Positions 18,260-27,844 of a stretch of 55,534 nucleotides of DNA are shown here, piece after piece. Source of the stretch: a virus. Its lineage: Duplodnaviria > Caudoviricetes. The stretch's first letter is position 1. Each line of letters starts with the position of its first letter. The position numbers were made by a program, and so were the translations under genes. The DNA is taken from the IMG/VR virus record IMGVR_UViG_3300014613_000031, positions 1 to 55,534 of that record; one strand, written 5' to 3'. Below the pieces are notes generated by a model. The model saw only the letters and a program-made list of their open reading frames with translations. It did no database searches and was not told where the DNA came from.

Positions 18260-18447
18260 CCCCTAAACCTCCCCAGTGCCCTTTCAGCTTGCTCTGCCAC
18301 AGTCACCATGTATACGTAGTATCTCTCGCGTTCCTCTGCAAATCGTTGTAATCTTTTTAGACACCTGGCCATTCTCATATATTGTTGGGCGATTGCTATG
18401 TGCCCAGCAGCCTTTAGATCATCAATGTCCTGTTTTAGTTGGTTCAT
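18256..18447 (-). CDS. hypothetical protein
   Basis: GAGGGG RBS; helical sequence. Confidence 0.45.
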   Translation of the reverse strand: MNQLKQDIDDLKAAGHIAIAQQYMRMARCLKRLQRFAEERERYYVYMVTVAEQAERALGRFRG

Positions 18448-18891
18448 GTTCCCCCCTCTTCCACATAGTCAGATCATTCATAAGTGGGGGTTTCCCCTCC
18501 CCCCACTATACCTATCCAGAAGGCCCAAGAGGGGTGAGTATAGTGGGTTTGAGGTGGGGTTGGGGTCGGCTGGTTGATGTAGAGTTTCACCCTCCCACTC
18601 CATCTCCTACCCACTACCCCTCCAAGTCCTATCACCCCTACTATCCCTCCCCCCTGAAACTCCACCTTAATATCCCCCCCTGCTATATACTCTATATACT
18701 CCCGTCCTGTCTGAGCCCCTCCTCAATCCCAGCTGCGTAACAGAGCCCGGTGTTCTCCAGTATTGTGACCACCTCAGGTCTTCCCGCCCGGAGATCCCTG
18801 TCACCTGACCACTCAACTCTATAACCCTCTCCATCTCCTACCTCCCTTTACCCCGTCCCTTCTGGGTTGGGTGTGCTGACCTTTTTAGATT

Positions 18892-18945
18892 CCTTGTTGA
18901 TTCCATTCACTCCCATTCAATCCCTTGTTGATTCCATTCAATCCC
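18892..18945. repeat. short direct repeats in a non-coding region
   Basis: ccttgttgattccattca at 18892-18909 and 18923-18940; ccattca three times. Confidence 0.7.
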
Positions 18946-18961
18946 AAATGTACACTCCCCC

Positions 18962-19777
18962 TCATATTTCTACGTACCTTTCCCCACTGTGACTGTCTGC
19001 CACCAACACCCTGCCTGCCACCAACTGTTTGAGGGCTCCCACCGTCAACACCACCGTCTGCGTATCAGCCACCAGTGTGAGGTGGCCCCCGCCTGCTGGG
19101 TCCCAAGCCAACATCAGATCCCCCGTGATCCATTGGGCAAAACTCCCAGCTGCCCTTGATTGCTGCCCCCCCGTGGTGCCGGGCTGTGGGGATGACTGCT
19201 GACCCTCCCCAGTGCCCACCACCACAGCTGAGGGTCCTCCCCCACTACTGTAGACAACCCCAGTGGTCCCCAACCACCCCATGGCAGAATCAGGCCACCC
19301 TGTCACTACTGCAGGATCTGCTGCTATTGACCGCTCAAGGCCCCTGGCTAATTCTCCCCCATCCACCAATGGGGCCTCTACCTGAGGACGGAGGTCACCC
19401 ACCCTGAATGTCCAAGCCCAGTCGTCAGTAGGGCCATTCGCAGTACCACTCCCCCCTGAGCCATCAGGCTTGAGGTTACCCAACTTCACTTCATCTCCGA
19501 CGATCCTGCTCACCCTGCCAATATAGGGGTCGTTTCCCCTACCCTGTTGAACCCTCACATAGGCTGACCAACCCATACCCAACGACTTTGATACCACCCT
19601 GACAATGTCTCCCCGTTTGAAGGGGGGTTCTGCCGGGGTCATTCCACGATCATCCTCATCAGGTTCCCAACCCCATTCCAATGCGTAGATCCTTGCCTTC
19701 GTCACGATCATCAAATCCTCATCGAATCGGCCCAAATCAGTAGATACCACCAAATCACCTACCCTGAGTTCTCTCAT
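18962..19777 (-). CDS. hypothetical protein (SH3/KOW-like segments)
   Basis: LRVGDLV, FKRGDIV, FRVGDL repeats; coupled to the upstream gene. Confidence 0.55.
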   Translation of the reverse strand: MRELRVGDLVVSTDLGRFDEDLMIVTKARIYALEWGWEPDEDDRGMTPAEPPFKRGDIVRVVSKSLGMGWSAYVRVQQGRGNDPYIGRVSRIVGDEVKLGNLKPDGSGGSGTANGPTDDWAWTFRVGDLRPQVEAPLVDGGELARGLERSIAADPAVVTGWPDSAMGWLGTTGVVYSSGGGPSAVVVGTGEGQQSSPQPGTTGGQQSRAAGSFAQWITGDLMLAWDPAGGGHLTLVADTQTVVLTVGALKQLVAGRVLVADSHSGERYVEI

Positions 19778-20370
19778 TACTCTCCCTCCTCTATCCCTGG
19801 ACCGTAATCAAACAGGCTCTCCCCATCCTGTTCCAACCCACCATCCACCCCATCTCCCTTACCACTCCCTGCTGTTGGGGGGACCTGTTGGGGTGGAGCT
19901 GGCTTACGTCCCTTCTGATCCTCCAGTCGCTCAAGTAGCCATTGGGCGCTCTTCCAGTCGATCTTCTCCGCGTTGATGAGCTTATTCATGGTATGGTACA
20001 AGTTGGTCAACATCTCATCTGTTAGGGAATCCCACATCTGGGATCTCTCGTTGAGTAGCAAGGCTGCCCTCTGCCGAACTATCCTGGCATTGCCCAGACG
20101 GATGGCCTTCTCCATTGGAATGCCCATGGCCTCAGCCGTCTCATCCACTGTGAAACCCTTGCTCAAATACTCAGCGAAGCTCAGCATTTCCTGGGTCAGG
20201 GTCATGGCCTCCTCAACTGGGGGTCGTCCTGTTCCCTCCCAATAACGGCCCTCCTTGCGTCCCTTGACGCTATCCCCCACCCCAGCTGTTGGGGGTAGTG
20301 GAAGCAGATCCCTGCCCTTGGCTGTCTCCGGTGCTCCCTTCTTTATTATCCCACTACCCTTTCCGGCCAT
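19777..20370 (-). CDS. putative terminase small subunit
   Basis: HTH (GFTVDETAEAMGIP), helical core, DWKSAQWLLER motif and acidic tail typical of TerS. Confidence 0.55.
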   Translation of the reverse strand: MAGKGSGIIKKGAPETAKGRDLLPLPPTAGVGDSVKGRKEGRYWEGTGRPPVEEAMTLTQEMLSFAEYLSKGFTVDETAEAMGIPMEKAIRLGNARIVRQRAALLLNERSQMWDSLTDEMLTNLYHTMNKLINAEKIDWKSAQWLLERLEDQKGRKPAPPQQVPPTAGSGKGDGVDGGLEQDGESLFDYGPGIEEGE

Positions 20371-20639
20371 AGTTCCTCCTCAGTGTAATTTTCCTTGTAA
20401 AGTCGTAGCAACCCCTTCTTGTCCACTACCACATAGGGAACCCCTTTACCCTTGAAGAACTCCATCCACTTCTCCAACACTTCAATATCCTCCTTAGAAC
20501 CACACCTTATTATGGGCAAGAAATCTACCACCTTGTCCTTCTGAGCTTCCAGCTGGTACATCCTGTCCAGCCGATTGAACAGGGCTGCCCCATCACTCCC
20601 TACTGCAATATTGTAACCATGAAAAGTTTGTTGCTCCAT
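20346..20639 (-). CDS. hypothetical protein
   Basis: AAGGAGG RBS; tiles the operon. Confidence 0.5.
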   Translation of the reverse strand: MEQQTFHGYNIAVGSDGAALFNRLDRMYQLEAQKDKVVDFLPIIRCGSKEDIEVLEKWMEFFKGKGVPYVVVDKKGLLRLYKENYTEEELWPERVVG

Positions 20640-20651
20640 AATCCCTCCTTC

Positions 20652-20963
20652 TTACATCGAAACTCCTGACAGATGAAACTTGATCCTCAAGTCCTCATGG
20701 CAGTGCTGACACTTCACTGCCTTCTTGAACACCTTACTACCACAGTAAGGACAGTCCTTCATGGTAGCATCTATTTCCACCCTGTCTATGAGTGAGCCCA
20801 ATATGCCACCTGACTTCCGCTTGCCATCCGATCTCAAGTCTGCTGGACTCATGCCCCCAAGTAGAACCCCAAGCCCTATGGTAGCGACAAAAAACAATGG
20901 GTTGATGGTCAGGGCTATGAATATGCTCCCCACCATCAGTGCTGCAACTATGAATCTTGCCAT
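20652..20963 (-). CDS. membrane protein with C-terminal zinc ribbon
   Basis: Two TM helices then CPYC...KCQHC; start at MARF (AGGAGG RBS). Confidence 0.6.
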   Translation of the reverse strand: MARFIVAALMVGSIFIALTINPLFFVATIGLGVLLGGMSPADLRSDGKRKSGGILGSLIDRVEIDATMKDCPYCGSKVFKKAVKCQHCHEDLRIKFHLSGVSM

Positions 20964-20998
20964 TTCAATATTCCTCCTTAAAATTAAAGATCCATTAC

Positions 20999-21211
20999 TT
21001 AACCATGAACTAGACATATCTCAGTTCCTGTGGTTCTCCCTTTTAAATGACAAGTGCAAGAAGAATAAAATTGATCTTGGACAGTCACCCAACCACAACC
21101 ACCACATCCATGGCAAGGAAGAAATTCATATAAACCAATAGTAGAATACAAATCACCAGTCTTTACTTTGCCAGATCCATTACAAACTGGGCACCTTTCT
21201 GCATGACTCAT
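20999..21211 (-). CDS. DnaJ-type Zn-finger small protein
   Basis: CPVCNGSG...CHGCGGCG. Confidence 0.55.
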   Translation of the reverse strand: MSHAERCPVCNGSGKVKTGDLYSTIGLYEFLPCHGCGGCGWVTVQDQFYSSCTCHLKGRTTGTEICLVHG

Positions 21212-21252
21212 TTCTTCACCTCAACCTAAAAATTTCTGTTGTCCCTTAAAAT

Positions 21253-21331
21253 GTGAGCGGGCAGGGTCACAACTGACCCTACGAAAACAGGAGGGAAAAC
21301 GCAGGGCAGGTCCGGTACCCCACCCGCTCAC
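21253..21331 (-). ncRNA. candidate structured RNA or terminator with a pyrimidine-rich loop
   Basis: Outer stem gtgagcggg/cccgctcac, inner stem agggtca/tgaccct. Confidence 0.4.
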
Positions 21332-21343
21332 GCTGTTTACCGT

Positions 21344-21742
21344 TTATTTAATGCTCTTTTCCTCATCTACAGTAAGCTCCACATCATAAGCACTCTTATA
21401 GCTGAAGAATTCCTTAGACTGTATTTTATACCTTTTATAAAGGGCGGTAGTCTTGATCACCTTCCAGGCCTCCTCCCTCTTTATGGGCTGATCATTGAGT
21501 CCGGAGTTCATCGCCCTGAGCATCCTCCTACGGGACTTTTTAAAACCGTAATTCTCCACGAATCCCACCTCAATCTGGGCCTCTGATAGGCTGCATATGG
21601 CAAGGCCCCTACAGGCGACACCATCCCTGGCACCCACCGTAACGCAGATACGGGGCAGCCCCGTTATATGATCATTTAGTACATAATTTCTTACCACCAC
21701 TTCCTCCGGCAGGTCTCTCTCCCCCAGTTTTTCCCTCATCAC
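21344..21742 (-). CDS. hypothetical protein
   Basis: GGGGAGG RBS; 132 aa. Confidence 0.5.
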   Translation of the reverse strand: MMREKLGERDLPEEVVVRNYVLNDHITGLPRICVTVGARDGVACRGLAICSLSEAQIEVGFVENYGFKKSRRRMLRAMNSGLNDQPIKREEAWKVIKTTALYKRYKIQSKEFFSYKSAYDVELTVDEEKSIK

Positions 21743-21945
21743 ATCCTCCCCTTTCTGTCATTGGGTTATGTTTCCAAAACCTGATTTTCCACCACCACCT
21801 CATAGCCTTCGACCGTAAGATTAACCCATACGTTGATAGCTTCCGGGTATACCCTACTCACCACTTTGCTAATAGTTTCCAAGGTCCCCTCTTCTCCATC
21901 CCCCAGTTCCACCCTGAAAACATCCTTCTTTATTAATTTCACCCT

Positions 21946-22206
21946 TCACCCCTCCTTATTTTGTGGTTTCACAAAAAGAACACCACTATATATTATGAGT
22001 AAAGTACTCAAATTAATCCCCAAATAAGCCGCTTCTGCTGATCCTGGCCAGATTCCCGTCCAGCGAGAAAAGCTCCTATCGTGACCATCACAATCACATT
22101 GCAATCTTTGCCCTCCGCAATAAGAACACCTCTCAATATCGCAACCTTCTTGATGTTTAGCTCCAGGAGCTACTCCACACTCTGGACATTTTTTAAGCTC
22201 ACCCAT
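21946..22206 (-). CDS. Cys-rich hypothetical protein
   Basis: CPECGV..G..H..GCDIERCSYCGGQ. Confidence 0.55.
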   Translation of the reverse strand: MGELKKCPECGVAPGAKHQEGCDIERCSYCGGQRLQCDCDGHDRSFSRWTGIWPGSAEAAYLGINLSTLLIIYSGVLFVKPQNKEG

Positions 22207-22227
22207 AATAAACCCTCCTCCCCCTTT

Positions 22228-22437
22228 TTATTTTCTACCCTCCAGATAATCCTTTATTATCCTCTTTACTCCCCCAACAAAAAGTAAATCAAAGCAAAAG
22301 GCCCCTTGGTACCAACCAAAACTAAATAGAGAAGTCTCATGACAATCCCCATACTCAACAAGACACACCTCTAAAAGGAGAGTGTGGTAGCCTCTCCAAT
22401 ATTCAAAGCTGAAGTTAAATAGGTTTATCTTCTTCAT
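22228..22437 (-). CDS. hypothetical protein
   Basis: ATGA overlap. Confidence 0.45.
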   Translation of the reverse strand: MKKINLFNFSFEYWRGYHTLLLEVCLVEYGDCHETSLFSFGWYQGAFCFDLLFVGGVKRIIKDYLEGRK

Positions 22438-22760
22438 TGCCTACACATATCAAGGAACCTACCATACTCCACCTCCAACATTCTCCGCTTGCCCCTGTCC
22501 CGCTGATCATTCAGCACATAGCGAACCATCTCTTTGGAAAGGGTCAGAACCCCACATACAGTGTTGAAACTGGTAGGGTCCTCCCCATCATCCTCATAAA
22601 TCCACTGTCGGGCTTCCGTGTGAATATCGCTATTCGGTGGGTAGCCCAGCATATCATTGATGGCCTTGTGGAGCAGCTCCTCTGTGAAGTTGATGATCGA
22701 TTCCACACTCACGACCATCTGCTGTTGGGTTGTTGATGACATATTCACTTCCCCAAACAT
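22434..22760 (-). CDS. hypothetical protein
   Basis: ARQWI...SFNTVC motif common in phage proteins. Confidence 0.5.
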   Translation of the reverse strand: MFGEVNMSSTTQQQMVVSVESIINFTEELLHKAINDMLGYPPNSDIHTEARQWIYEDDGEDPTSFNTVCGVLTLSKEMVRYVLNDQRDRGKRRMLEVEYGRFLDMCRQ

Positions 22761-22999
22761 TCCACAATACCCCGCTCCTCTTCATACAAGAGACGTTTTA
22801 CTTCCCATGAAAGGCCCGGCCTAAAAGGATCATCCACATGATGGGATACCAGGTAAGAAAATTTTACTGGTCCACTCTTCCCTCGTACATAAAACACCTT
22901 CGATATATCATCTATAAAACCTACCATTTTTAACATGCCCAATTTCCTCTTATGTTCGAGTATTCCGCAGTAGGACAACCTTAACCACCTTACTCCCAA
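22745..22999 (-). CDS. hypothetical protein (true start likely ~22936)
   Basis: Tiles between neighbours. Confidence 0.4.
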   Translation of the reverse strand: MGVRWLRLSYCGILEHKRKLGMLKMVGFIDDISKVFYVRGKSGPVKFSYLVSHHVDDPFRPGLSWEVKRLLYEEERGIVECLGK

Positions 23000-23549
23000 A
23001 CCGCTTGGCCCGTTCCTTCTTCCACATAAATATATCCACCCTGTTCTTGTGCCTACTGTTCATGAGGTCATTTATCATGAACACACCATGGCCGTTGATG
23101 TAGACCCTCATCCCGAAAGTCCACCCAGCGTCAAATAAATCCCTACTGACGGCCACGGTCCCGAGCCGTACTCCCCTCATGCTGGCTGTAATGGTAGGGT
23201 CTTGGTCGGTTTCCTCTGTACATGGGGTATAGGCAGTAACTGTTACCTTCCTGTTCCAATTGGCCCTGAGAGCACGGATGTTGGCTTCTAAGAACCGTAC
23301 TTTCAACGCTGATAGTTTCAGTGCCACATTTGAGTCAGCCAATCGCACCTCCAAATTGGACACCCTATCCTGCAGGGAGATTATTCTGTTACTATTCACA
23401 TTCACCACCAGTGTCAGTGCCACAAGTGCCACAGCAAGGGCTACCACCATTGCAGCTATCCCTACCACAAACCTCTCAAACATATTCATCATCCACCTTC
23501 TTTGGATTATCCCAATAGAATCGTATCCCATTGTTGGCCAGGTCCCCAA
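22950..23549 (-). CDS. membrane-anchored 3D-domain protein (lytic transglycosylase-like)
   Basis: TM, coiled coil, then VTAYT...TAS...VAVSRD...NDLMN...VDIF; real start probably ~23490. Confidence 0.8.
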   Translation of the reverse strand: MGTWPTMGYDSIGIIQRRWMMNMFERFVVGIAAMVVALAVALVALTLVVNVNSNRIISLQDRVSNLEVRLADSNVALKLSALKVRFLEANIRALRANWNRKVTVTAYTPCTEETDQDPTITASMRGVRLGTVAVSRDLFDAGWTFGMRVYINGHGVFMINDLMNSRHKNRVDIFMWKKERAKRFGSKVVKVVLLRNTRT

Positions 23550-23712
23550 TGAGCTGGGAGACCCTCATATCCTTAAGCTCCTTTGCTGAAAAGCCCTCCC
23601 CAGATCCTCCAGCTGCTTGTATAGCCTGATGAAGACTATCATACATTTCCATTACACTCTGTGCTATATTCCTTCTTATTACATCTATCATTAGTCCTCC
23701 TATTTCACCCAT
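23476..23712 (-). CDS. hypothetical protein
   Basis: First gene after the 23739 promoter. Confidence 0.5.
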   Translation of the reverse strand: MGEIGGLMIDVIRRNIAQSVMEMYDSLHQAIQAAGGSGEGFSAKELKDMRVSQLIGDLANNGIRFYWDNPKKVDDEYV

Positions 23713-23738
23713 CCCTATTAAAATTTCCTTTCCTTTAT

Positions 23739-23768
23739 CCCTATTATATAATATTTTCCTGATTTTTT
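23739..23768 (-). promoter_or_regulatory. conserved phage promoter copy
   Basis: AAAAAATCAGGAAAATATTATATAATAGGG on minus; 28 nt identical to 42191-42218. Confidence 0.75.
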
Positions 23769-23783
23769 ATCTGAAAAAAGATC

Positions 23784-24167
23784 TCAATCTACCTTTTTCT
23801 TCATCCAAGAAATCACTGACTCTCCCATGGCCCTCTGCATATCGTAGGCCAACCCCCACAGCTCCCCCCTCTCCTCCATATCCAGACCCTGATTGGTCAG
23901 GAGATACTTCGTAGCACAGAATGCCTTATAATCAGCCATGGACATGGCAAACTCCTGAAAATCCCGCCTGCACGGGGCACACAGGTAGGCAGGGTAAGAA
24001 TCAGTCAACATTAATTGGGTTGCCCCTTCCTGACCACACCTCTCACAATCATTCCTATCCGGCCCCTGATAAACCACCTGCTTGGCATTGACCTGAATTA
24101 TCGGGAGTGATTCAAGCCAGTCCCTAATCCTGGTCCTCAGTCCCTTTAACATCCCCATTGACTCCAC
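23784..24167 (-). CDS. hypothetical Zn-binding protein
   Basis: CERC...LCAPC. Confidence 0.45.
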   Translation of the reverse strand: MESMGMLKGLRTRIRDWLESLPIIQVNAKQVVYQGPDRNDCERCGQEGATQLMLTDSYPAYLCAPCRRDFQEFAMSMADYKAFCATKYLLTNQGLDMEERGELWGLAYDMQRAMGESVISWMKKKVD

Positions 24168-24336
24168 CTCCTTTAGCCCTCTCCCATACCAGTATCACCC
24201 TCTCTGCCTCTGATATGAACGTCAACTTCCTATGAAAGGGCAGATCATCCCACCCCACCACATCTGGAGGCATACGTGTTTCCCCATAATAGGTGTTCAA
24301 TTCCTTTGCCAACCTCAATTTGAATTCCCCGCTCAC
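24124..24336 (-). CDS. hypothetical protein
   Basis: Tiles the operon; WDDLP motif. Confidence 0.45.
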   Translation of the reverse strand: MSGEFKLRLAKELNTYYGETRMPPDVVGWDDLPFHRKLTFISEAERVILVWERAKGGGVNGDVKGTEDQD

Positions 24337-24513
24337 ATCTCCCCCCTAAATGTATATTCCATCCACGCCTTAAATCGTTCCCACAAAGAGTGCTTGATTA
24401 AGGGATGCCTTGATATTACCGTCCATTCGGCCTGTGAACAAGAGAAATACTCATTACTCCCATCAACAAGATTATCAAAATCAACTTTCAACTCACACCT
24501 CCATCCTTAATCA

Positions 24514-24846
24514 TTACTTATTATCTGTTTCCAACCATCTAATTTTTTTGCCTTTGGATATTGCATATTCTAATTCGCTTCTGGTACTTTCTCCAATATA
24601 CCCTCCAACATTAAGGATCAAAACCTCATCTGATATGTCAATTTTTCGCTTATGAAGCTCATCCAAATTCTTTTTTACTTCATAAAACTCAGCAGGTGTC
24701 ATATCTGAAAAACCCTCATCGTCAGACTTCATATTACATCCAATTGACAAGACAATCTTACCTGACAAAGTTTCTCTAGAATTTTGCTTTACAAATTCAT
24801 CTTTGAATTTTGTACTTCCACAAAGAGTTACGATTATTGGTTTCAC
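24514..24846 (-). CDS. nucleoside deoxyribosyltransferase-like (DUF4406-like) protein
   Basis: IVTLCGSTKF...HKRKIDISD...GYIGESTRSELEYA. Confidence 0.65.
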   Translation of the reverse strand: MKPIIVTLCGSTKFKDEFVKQNSRETLSGKIVLSIGCNMKSDDEGFSDMTPAEFYEVKKNLDELHKRKIDISDEVLILNVGGYIGESTRSELEYAISKGKKIRWLETDNK

Positions 24847-24933
24847 ATCTCCCCCCTCAGCCTAATGACAACGTAGGCCACGATCAAAATTATGAAAATG
24901 GTTAGCCACACTCCTTATCCAATTTTCCCTGAA

Positions 24934-25167
24934 TCATCGTATCCTCCAGCGGGGCTGTCGCTCATTGCCGCATTCAGGACATGCCCATGTAATAGAAACA
25001 TTTGGAATCCTCATTGATCCGCAGTGAGGGCAGTCTGATCGTCGTGTTGGTTTTTCCTCATTTCTGCACCCCACACACATCTGAACAGGGTCCAGATAGA
25101 ATGGTGACTTTTCAGAGAGAATGGTTTCGACGCACTCTTTGGGGATTGTTTTTCTTTTGCAGTTCAT
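24934..25167 (-). CDS. Zn-ribbon hypothetical protein
   Basis: CVGC, CPHCG, CPECG. Confidence 0.5.
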   Translation of the reverse strand: MNCKRKTIPKECVETILSEKSPFYLDPVQMCVGCRNEEKPTRRSDCPHCGSMRIPNVSITWACPECGNERQPRWRIR

Positions 25168-25700
25168 GTTTCCTCCTGAAAATATTTTCTGTTTTTCAAA
25201 TAAAGCTCATGGTTTCCTAATGGTTTTGTCCTTTTTAGATTTTCTTTTACAAGCTCTGTCCAAATAGGCGGAGGAGTGACACCAATACCTTTGCCACTCC
25301 ACTCAACCCAATAATTGCACCACTTCCACCACATAGGGACAACAAGCCATGAACGTTTATCTGCCCTTGATAACCTGCTTTCACAATATCCTGATTCTTC
25401 TGGACAGTGACCTGCGACTAAGTCATGGGATCTATAAGCAAGATACGATCTGCGATGCTGACCCAAATGCCATACAACTTTAAAAGATAAATCAGCACCT
25501 TTCTCCCAATGTCCTATCTTGGCTTTATCATCAGACAGGTATTGCCTTCCGCATACTCCACAGTCATGCAGGAATATGCAGATCAATTCCCACCATTTCG
25601 GCCATGATTTATATTCTAGCCGCCATGCCAATAATACCCATAGCGGATGAAGTAAAAATTGATGACAGCCTATTAGATATGATTTGGTTCCTTCAGTCAT
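25164..25700 (-). CDS. HD-domain-like phage protein
   Basis: GCHQFLLHP...LHDCG...GH...ADK; start at MTEGTKS (AGGAG RBS). Confidence 0.55.
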   Translation of the reverse strand: MTEGTKSYLIGCHQFLLHPLWVLLAWRLEYKSWPKWWELICIFLHDCGVCGRQYLSDDKAKIGHWEKGADLSFKVVWHLGQHRRSYLAYRSHDLVAGHCPEESGYCESRLSRADKRSWLVVPMWWKWCNYWVEWSGKGIGVTPPPIWTELVKENLKRTKPLGNHELYLKNRKYFQEET

Positions 25701-25891
25701 TTTGAATATTTCTCCTACTGCCTTTTCCTTTATTTTTGTTGCCGAGGGCAGGACTTGAACCTGCACGGTAGCATTAGGCGACCTCCACTTAACCTGCTCG
25801 GAACCCCGTCGGGCGTGGACAGTATCTACCTTACGCATAACTAAGTGTCTATTATTCCACCACCTCGGCATAGATTTTACAATCCTCACAT

Positions 25892-26116
25892 TCACCATTC
25901 CTCTCCATGCGGACAATTTGATTGAGGCCATAAGATAATATCACCTCTCCCTGTAAATGCTATCCATGCACATTTAATTCGATGCTTGATCGAAAAATAG
26001 CCTAATGGCCGTGCAGGAATCCATCTTCCTGGTGATATTTCAGATAAGACATTACCATGTAGAATTTGACTGTGAAAACTTTCAAGTTTAAAAATATTGG
26101 GTGCGTTTTCCATCAT
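25892..26116 (-). CDS. hypothetical protein
   Basis: WIPARP...RIKCAWIAFTG motif; ATGA overlap. Confidence 0.5.
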   Translation of the reverse strand: MMENAPNIFKLESFHSQILHGNVLSEISPGRWIPARPLGYFSIKHRIKCAWIAFTGRGDIILWPQSNCPHGEEW

Positions 26117-26472
26117 TCCCCTCCATGCGGGCAATCTTTGCAATCCTTATAGTATTCCTCAACATCAAGACTCGGTATTATTTCACCAGTACCATGACAC
26201 AAACTGCATCGGTTTTTAGTGTTAGGTTCCATAAAGTAATCCAGCAGCATTTCAAACTCGTCCCGGGGCCAGCTCCCTTTGCCACCCTCAGCGATGTATT
26301 TCCGCCAGGCGTCCCAGCGGGACATGAGGTGTTCTCTATTCATTATTCCCTCCACTATAGGTTTTTTATATCCGACTTTTCCCAGATCAATCCTGAGCTG
26401 TTCCTCACTGACATTGTCAAGATATTCATTCATTCTTGCTTTTATCCTCTCAAAACCGTTTGATTGTCTCAT
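26113..26472 (-). CDS. hypothetical protein with CxxCxGxG
   Basis: CSLCHGTG...CKDCPH; ATGA overlap. Confidence 0.5.
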   Translation of the reverse strand: MRQSNGFERIKARMNEYLDNVSEEQLRIDLGKVGYKKPIVEGIMNREHLMSRWDAWRKYIAEGGKGSWPRDEFEMLLDYFMEPNTKNRCSLCHGTGEIIPSLDVEEYYKDCKDCPHGGE

Positions 26473-26777
26473 TCCCCCACCTCGGCATGTTTAGTAGTTT
26501 TTGTCGGTTCCCAATTTCTTAGCAGAAAAAAACTGGATTCATCATTACTTGGATCTCCTCCAGCTGGTCGTAATGGTTCGATTCCACATAACCAGACTGG
26601 CACTCTCTTATAACCCCGCTCTACAAGTCTTCTTGCTATGCAAATAATGCAAAGGAGTCCGCTCCCATCCCCTGTTGGAGAAATATCATTCCATACCCTG
26701 TCAGGAATTATAGCTTCAATCCAACCTGGATCATCATAAGAAAGACCACAATCATAACATCCCACTATTTCTACCAC
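26469..26777 (-). CDS. Cys-rich hypothetical protein
   Basis: CYDCG...VWNDI...LLCIIC. Confidence 0.55.
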   Translation of the reverse strand: MVEIVGCYDCGLSYDDPGWIEAIIPDRVWNDISPTGDGSGLLCIICIARRLVERGYKRVPVWLCGIEPLRPAGGDPSNDESSFFLLRNWEPTKTTKHAEVGE

Positions 26778-26986
26778 CTCGGCATTAGCCTTTTCTGTTT
26801 TTATACAGACTGCACCAATTATTTTTGTTTATTTCTTGCTCCTTAAATGCCTTATGACCACCTTCTGAGATCATGTATTTTCTTCTCCACAATCCCCTCA
26901 TATATAGAATGCTGTATGCTCTATCCCACAGGATAAAGCTCTATCCATTAAATCTGCTTTTATTTTATGATCCTTAATTGAACAAC

Positions 26987-27217
26987 TCATTCCCTCACCT
27001 CGGCATCATGATACTTCTTCACATTGATAAAATTCCTTATGCCAACTACAATATTCTTGTTTCGTAGTCTTCTGCTCCCTGGAAGATGATACGATTTCCA
27101 CCTCCCATGGTGTTTTTTAGCACTCATAAACATAATGACTACGCACATCATCCAAAACCAGGCCCAATTCCGATTAGGCCTTATTGCTCTCCTCACTATT
27201 ATCCAATACAGGCTCAT
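26987..27217 (-). CDS. hypothetical protein
   Basis: Bounded by junction motifs. Confidence 0.45.
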   Translation of the reverse strand: MSLYWIIVRRAIRPNRNWAWFWMMCVVIMFMSAKKHHGRWKSYHLPGSRRLRNKNIVVGIRNFINVKKYHDAEVRE

Positions 27218-27410
27218 TTCTCTACCTCAATACTAACTAATTAGACTGAAACTGTGTATGAATTTCTTCTTCAACTTTCCCAGTTTTTTGGTCACACCGA
27301 TAACTGATGGTTCGTCCCGTAGGTTTTCCATCTTTACCGATTTCCCTCCGGTGACCATACTCCCATTGTGGCTTCTTGTTATCTTTGCTTTTCATCTTTC
27401 CTCCCCTCCC

Positions 27411-27623
27411 TTAAAAATTTGCTGCACACATAGAATTATAAAAAGAACAATTATCACAGCTCTTTACTGGATTAGCTAATATCTGTTTTATAGCCACGCT
27501 TTGACAATCATAACAAAACAGACTACTATTTATTAGATATTGAATACGACATCGTGACCGATTAAATTCTGTTGCTTCTCTCATATCAATACTACCACAC
27601 ACAGGACATTTCCGATTCTTCAT
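27411..27623 (-). CDS. Cys-rich hypothetical protein
   Basis: CPVCGS, CYDC, CDNC. Confidence 0.45.
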   Translation of the reverse strand: MKNRKCPVCGSIDMREATEFNRSRCRIQYLINSSLFCYDCQSVAIKQILANPVKSCDNCSFYNSMCAANF

Positions 27624-27844
27624 TCCACTACCTCGGCTGTGTACAGTTCACAAACCCCTGCACCCAAGGACTTTGACCTTATATCTCGGTATACCCCTTG
27701 CATTGCATAAGGACCATTTAGGAGCAATATTTTTGTCACTTTTATGGTAGCTCTATGTCTTACATTAGGATTTGTACAAAACGAGACAAGAATTCTATTA
27801 GCTTCCTTTTGTAGTGTCTTGTTCTGTTGTTGTTGCCTATTCAT
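27620..27844 (-). CDS. hypothetical protein
   Basis: RBS plus ATGA junction. Confidence 0.5.
   Translation of the reverse strand: MNRQQQQNKTLQKEANRILVSFCTNPNVRHRATIKVTKILLLNGPYAMQGVYRDIRSKSLGAGVCELYTAEVVE

Noticed and set aside
17761-18740. ORFs 17761..18054, 18474..18665 and 18276..18740
   Set aside because: G/P-rich translations arising from homopolymer-rich low-complexity DNA; no convincing coding signal.
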